Positions 60,315-64,000 of a DNA stretch of 64,000 nt are shown one piece after another (position 1 is the stretch's first letter; every line of letters starts with the position of its first letter). The translations under genes and the position numbers were made by a program. Where the stretch lies: IMG/VR virus record IMGVR_UViG_3300017917_003822, positions 62,001-126,000 of that record; one strand, 5' to 3'. Below the pieces are notes generated by a model. That model saw nothing but the letters and a program-made list of their open reading frames with translations. It made no database searches and was not told where the DNA came from.

Positions 60315-60857
60315 ATGGAAAAAATTATAACATTTGGACAATTCATAAATAACATGAATGAATCAGATGGTTTTGGTACTTCACCCTTTCTGCTAGAAAA
60401 AGTTAGTGACATATATCATTACTTTTTTAATCTGGATCAGGAAAAATCTGAGGATCAAATGGGATATCACTTAATTATAGGAAAATATTCAGACCAGGAA
60501 GTCATAGAAGGTCCAAAAAATTCATACTGTGTACTAACTATAAACCAGATTTCGCCTGAAGTTATAGATGATATAGCAGTTAAAAAAGAGGACGTTCCGC
60601 AAACTAACAAGGAAAAATTTAAGATGGGCGGAAATGATATATCTAGACTTATGGAATATGTTTTCAAATGTGTTACTAACTATCTGGAAGCAAATCCCAA
60701 GGTTACTAGAATATATGATGAAATGCAGGAAAATCTAGTTTTAGAGGGTAAAGGTGAATATATCGAGTATATGAAATCCATCGCAATTTCACAACTTGGT
60801 GGGAATTGGTCGATCCAACAGGGGGCATCCAAAATTTCAGTAATAATTAGCAGATAA
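60315..60857 (+). CDS. Hypothetical protein with a capsid-targeting-like N-terminus
   Basis: Starts MEKIITFGQFINNMNES. Confidence 0.6.
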   Translation: MEKIITFGQFINNMNESDGFGTSPFLLEKVSDIYHYFFNLDQEKSEDQMGYHLIIGKYSDQEVIEGPKNSYCVLTINQISPEVIDDIAVKKEDVPQTNKEKFKMGGNDISRLMEYVFKCVTNYLEANPKVTRIYDEMQENLVLEGKGEYIEYMKSIAISQLGGNWSIQQGASKISVIISR

Positions 60858-60858
60858 C

Positions 60859-60888
60859 GAAACAAATTAAGAATACTAAGTATAAATA
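60859..60888 (+). promoter_or_regulatory. Putative early/middle promoter GAAAC-N17-TATAAATA
   Basis: Upstream of the Hc1 gene; also contains the T4 late box TATAAATA. Confidence 0.45.
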
Positions 60889-60910
60889 TTAAATTTTAAA
60901 AAAGATCAAA

Positions 60911-61090
60911 ATGGAAAAATTTGAACAAATCAAGGCTCTTATCGAGCAAACTCAAGGAGACGTTGAAAAATTCTTCAACAAAGGAAACGGAACAGCTGGT
61001 ACTAGAGTTAGACAAGCTATGCAGGAATTAAAAAAACTTGCTCAGGATCTTAGAATTGAGGTGCAAGATGCTAAAAACAACAAAGCTTAA
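60911..61090 (+). CDS. Histone H1-like protein (Hc1 family), 59 aa, absent from the ORF track
   Basis: Translates to MEKFEQIKALIEQTQGDVEKFFNKGNGTAGTRVRQAMQELKKLAQDLRIEVQDAKNNKA, with the KGNxxAGTRxR signature. Confidence 0.85.
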   Translation: MEKFEQIKALIEQTQGDVEKFFNKGNGTAGTRVRQAMQELKKLAQDLRIEVQDAKNNKA

Positions 61091-61114
61091 TTATTAACAT
61101 TTAAAAAAATTAAA

Positions 61115-61348
61115 ATGGCATATTATCTTGTAAAAGTTAATTTTGAATCTGGTGACGTTAATAAAGCCGGTGATCCAATTTACAAAAAATCCGAATTCCT
61201 AGTTGCTGCTGAATCTGTAATCGAATGTGAAAGAAAAGTAGCAGAATACATGGACGGAACGGTTGGAGGATTTGAAACATTTCAAATCTCCAAAACAAAA
61301 ATAGAATCAGTCATTTATGACAAAGAAAAGTACGAAGATATCATCTAA
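61115..61348 (+). CDS. DUF4494-like protein
   Basis: The pattern YYLVKVNFE..G..KKSEFLVAAESVIECERKVAEYM..FET..ISKTKI matches a Bacteroidota family. Confidence 0.65.
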   Translation: MAYYLVKVNFESGDVNKAGDPIYKKSEFLVAAESVIECERKVAEYMDGTVGGFETFQISKTKIESVIYDKEKYEDII

Positions 61349-61580
61349 AAATCCATCCGAAACCAGTTCGTATGTTCCCCCGCAATCACCAATTGCTATT
61401 CAGCCTGGTGATACTGGATTTACGACAGTGGGAAAGGCATATAATAGGTTCATTTGGACATTTAGCGACTGGAAAGATAGAAAAAAGAAGATAATAAATC
61501 CCGATACCAATTGGGATCTAAATTCGAAACCCATGACTGATAACGAATGGGAAAAAAAGAAAAAGGACTTATATTTATAA
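61317..61580 (+). CDS. Hypothetical protein
   Basis: 87-aa ORF that overlaps the previous gene and ends inside a terminator. Confidence 0.5.
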   Translation: MTKKSTKISSKNPSETSSYVPPQSPIAIQPGDTGFTTVGKAYNRFIWTFSDWKDRKKKIINPDTNWDLNSKPMTDNEWEKKKKDLYL

Positions 61581-61591
61581 GTCCTTTTTTT
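61560..61591 (+). terminator. Intrinsic terminator, possibly bidirectional
   Basis: Perfect inverted repeat AAAAAGGACTTAT-attt-ATAAGTCCTTTTT with a T run. Confidence 0.8.
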
Positions 61592-61594
61592 ATT

Positions 61595-61602
61595 GATATA
61601 TA
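61595..61602 (+). promoter_or_regulatory. Putative late promoter GATATATA
   Basis: Immediately after a terminator and upstream of the DUF3008 and collagen fibre genes. Confidence 0.65.
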
Positions 61603-61631
61603 GCTTGAACCCAAAAATAATTTAAAATAAT

Positions 61632-62000
61632 ATGCCAGCAGTAAGTACAGCACAACAAGCATTAATGGGACAAGCTTATGCTATCAAGATAGGTTCTATG
61701 AAACCTTCGGACTTAAACCCAAAATATAGAAAAGAAATATTAGCACTCGCTGATAAAATGACCAAGAAGGAATTAGAAGCTTTTGCGTCAACGAAACACA
61801 AGGGTCTTCCACACCACGTGGAGGAGTCTAATTTGAATGTTTCTCTGGAACCAATTAGTTCTGAAAATATCCCCCAATTTAACCCGAAGGGACCAGGAAA
61901 AATAGTTCCATTTTTAGACCCAGATTCCAAACAAAAAGTCAAAGGAAAAAGAAATCTCCAGAACCTTAAGGATTATAGAGATTGGATAGCAAATAAATAA
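61632..62000 (+). CDS. DUF3008-like protein
   Basis: MPAVSTAQQ...MTKKELEAFASTKHKGLPHHV signature. Confidence 0.7.
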   Translation: MPAVSTAQQALMGQAYAIKIGSMKPSDLNPKYRKEILALADKMTKKELEAFASTKHKGLPHHVEESNLNVSLEPISSENIPQFNPKGPGKIVPFLDPDSKQKVKGKRNLQNLKDYRDWIANK

Positions 62001-62020
62001 AAGCCGACTTAGAATAGTAT

Positions 62021-64000
62021 ATGGCTCAATTTCCAATCAATCCCCGAATAGGGCAAGCTTTTCTAGCAGATTCCAAAATATATGTTTGGAGTGGAACTCA
62101 GTGGGTTGCGGCACAGGTTGGAGGGACAGGAGACGGATCATCAGGAACCTCTGGAACTAGTGGAGTTGATGGAAATTTTTATGGATCCTCTGGAACCTCT
62201 GGAACCTCCGGGGTTAATGGATCCAGTGGAACAAGTGGTACACCGGGATCTTCTGGAATATCAGGATCTTTCGGAACAAGTGGATCTAGTGGAACATCAG
62301 GATCTACCGGAAGTCCAGGATCTTCTGGGTCTAGTGGATCTTCTGGTGCTAATGGTTCGTCTGGAACATCAGGAATTAATGGATCCAGTGGAACAAGTGG
62401 CTCGAATGGATCATCAGGAACTTCTGGATCTAGTGGAAGCAGCGGAACTTCAGGCACTAGAGGATCTAGTGGAACTTCGGGTTCTTCGGGAACATCTGGT
62501 GCTAATGGTTCTTCAGGAACATCTGGATCTAATGGATCTTCGGGTGTCAGTGGAATTAATGGTATAGATGGAACTTCTGGATCTAGTGGAACTTCAGGTA
62601 CTAGAGGATCTAGTGGAACTTCTGGTTCTTCAGGAACATCTGGTGCTAATGGTTCTTCAGGAACCTCTGGTGCTAACGGTTCATCGGGTTCATCGGGAGT
62701 TAGTGGAATTAATGGTGTTGATGGAACCTCAGGATCTAGTGGAAGTAGCGGAACTTCAGGTACTGGCGGATCGAGTGGATCTTCGGGTTCTTCCGGAACA
62801 TCTGGCTCTAATGGTTCTTCAGGAACATCTGGTGCTAATGGTTCATCGGGATCTTCGGGTGTCAGTGGAATTAATGGTGTTGATGGAACTTCAGGATCTA
62901 GCGGTACTTCTGGTGTTAATGGCTCTAGTGGAACATCCGGTTCATCAGGATCGTCAGGAACCAGTGGAATCACCGGATCGTCGGGATCTAGTGGATCTTC
63001 GGGTGTCAGTGGAATTAATGGTGTTGATGGAACTTCAGGATCTAGCGGTACTTCTGGTGTTAATGGATCTAGTGGTACTTCGGGATCTGGTGGATCGAGT
63101 GGAACTTCAGGATCTGGTGGATCTAGTGGAACTTCGGGATCTAGAGGATCTTCAGGAACCAGTGGGACAAGTGGATCCTCAGGGTCTAGTGGAGATTCTG
63201 GCTCTAGTGGAACATCCGGTTCATCAGGATCGTCAGGAACCAGTGGAATCACTGGATCGTCGGGATCTAGTGGATCGTCGGGTGTCAGTGGAGTTAATGG
63301 TGTTGATGGAACCTCAGGATCTAGTGGTACCTCTGGTGTTAATGGATCTAGTGGTACTTCGGGATCTGGTGGATCGAGTGGAACTTCAGGATCTAGAGGA
63401 TCTTCGGGAACCAGTGGAACCAGTGGATCTTCAGGATCTAGTGGAGCTTCTGGATCTAGTGGTACCTCCGGTTCTAGTGGTTTATCAGGATCTAGTGGAA
63501 CTTCGGGATCTAGAGGATCTTCGGGAACCAGTGGAACCAGTGGATCTTCAGGATCTAGTGGATCTTCAGGAGTCAGCGGGGTTAACGGTGTTGATGGTTC
63601 TTCCGGATCCAGTGGAACATCCGGAAGTAACGGAACTCCGGGTTCTTCAGGTTCTTCAGGTTCTTCAGGTTCTTCAGGTTCTTCAGGTTCTTCAGGAACT
63701 TCGGGATCTAGAGGATCCAGTGGAACATCTGGTATAAACGGTTCTTCCGGCTCTTCGGGAACGTCAGGGTCCAGTGGAACATCAGGGACAAGAGGAACTA
63801 GCGGAACATCTGGTATAAGTGGAAACGACGCATCTAATTCAGGGAGATGGGAATATTCAAATTCGATTGCACCGACCAATCCAGGCACCAGCAGATTCTG
63901 TACAAATAGTTCTTCTCTAGGATCTGTTAATGTATTAAGTATTAGTATTTACGACATAAACTCGGTGGATTACACTAAATGGTTTCAAGCATCTGACACA
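62021..64000 (+). CDS. Gly-Ser/Thr collagen-like fibre protein, truncated by the window end and absent from the ORF track
   Basis: ATG at 62021 (MAQFPINPRIGQAF..YVWSGTQW) with an open frame to 64000; a long Gly-X-Y region, then a non-repetitive domain (GRWEY..). Confidence 0.85.
   Translation, partial: MAQFPINPRIGQAFLADSKIYVWSGTQWVAAQVGGTGDGSSGTSGTSGVDGNFYGSSGTSGTSGVNGSSGTSGTPGSSGISGSFGTSGSSGTSGSTGSPGSSGSSGSSGANGSSGTSGINGSSGTSGSNGSSGTSGSSGSSGTSGTRGSSGTSGSSGTSGANGSSGTSGSNGSSGVSGINGIDGTSGSSGTSGTRGSSGTSGSSGTSGANGSSGTSGANGSSGSSGVSGINGVDGTSGSSGSSGTSGTGGSSGSSGSSGTSGSNGSSGTSGANGSSGSSGVSGINGVDGTSGSSGTSGVNGSSGTSGSSGSSGTSGITGSSGSSGSSGVSGINGVDGTSGSSGTSGVNGSSGTSGSGGSSGTSGSGGSSGTSGSRGSSGTSGTSGSSGSSGDSGSSGTSGSSGSSGTSGITGSSGSSGSSGVSGVNGVDGTSGSSGTSGVNGSSGTSGSGGSSGTSGSRGSSGTSGTSGSSGSSGASGSSGTSGSSGLSGSSGTSGSRGSSGTSGTSGSSGSSGSSGVSGVNGVDGSSGSSGTSGSNGTPGSSGSSGSSGSSGSSGSSGTSGSRGSSGTSGINGSSGSSGTSGSSGTSGTRGTSGTSGISGNDASNSGRWEYSNSIAPTNPGTSRFCTNSSSLGSVNVLSISIYDINSVDYTKWFQASDT
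62183..63829 (+). repeat. About 183 Gly-X-Y triplets (GSS/GTS/GVS/GIN/GVD), including (GGTTCTTCA)6 at 63641-63694 and larger internal duplications
   Basis: Visible directly; 1647 nt equals 183 x 9 nt. Confidence 0.92.

Noticed and set aside
163-61942. Numerous 60-185 aa ORFs nested in or antisense to long genes (for example 5014..5427, 10662..11045, 53756..54313)
   Set aside because: They are fully overlapped by well-supported genes, have no motifs, and show antisense-shadow composition.
62179-63888. 569-aa minus-strand Pro/Glu/Asp-repeat ORF, and + strand ORFs 62082..62567 and 62568..63737
   Set aside because: These are shadow frames of the Gly-X-Y repeat. The frame from 62021 has a proper start, a non-repetitive N-terminus and a downstream domain.
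1-64000. Stop-codon reassignment, tRNA/rRNA genes, DGR or retron elements
   Set aside because: Long ORFs tile the window in the standard code with TAA, TAG and TGA stops. Intergenic gaps are short, and I recognised no cloverleaf, reverse transcriptase or TR/VR pair by eye.

Overview
This is a gene-dense, AT-rich segment of a large T4-related (myovirus-type, probably jumbo) dsDNA phage. It uses the standard genetic code and almost all genes are on the + strand. About 1-50.8 kb is a virion morphogenesis region: LysM/gp53-, hub-, gp5/gpV spike-, gp13 neck-, gp25-, gp6-, gp7- and gp3-like genes plus many large fibre or baseplate proteins. Interspersed are a ribosomal protein S1 homologue, an amidoligase, a glycosyltransferase and an inverted phoH. 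About 51-56.7 kb is a recombination/replication block (RuvC-like, gmhA, gp32 SSB, gp61 primase, UvsY, UvsW). About 56.7-62 kb holds probable capsid-packaged proteins (a Pol-beta-type NTase and a ligase-NTase/HIGH-NTase fusion), an Hc1 histone-like protein, and DUF4494- and DUF3008-like genes. The window ends inside a very long Gly-Ser/Thr collagen-like fibre gene. A Bacteroidota host is inferred from Hc1, DUF4494 and the lack of Shine-Dalgarno sequences. Main leads: (1) a candidate phage-encoded virion O-glycosylation system, with a GT95/GT96-like enzyme next to poly-Thr tracts, a dispersed G-x-T-G motif across tail proteins, a Gly-Ser-Ser collagen and GmhA; (2) twin C-terminal Hint (intein-like) domains that lack the residue needed for splicing; (3) three register-matched collagen fibre paralogues; (4) a capsid-targeted nucleotidyltransferase cassette; (5) two candidate promoter classes, GATATATA and GAAAC-N17-TATAA. 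All family assignments come from motif recognition by eye; no database searches were run.
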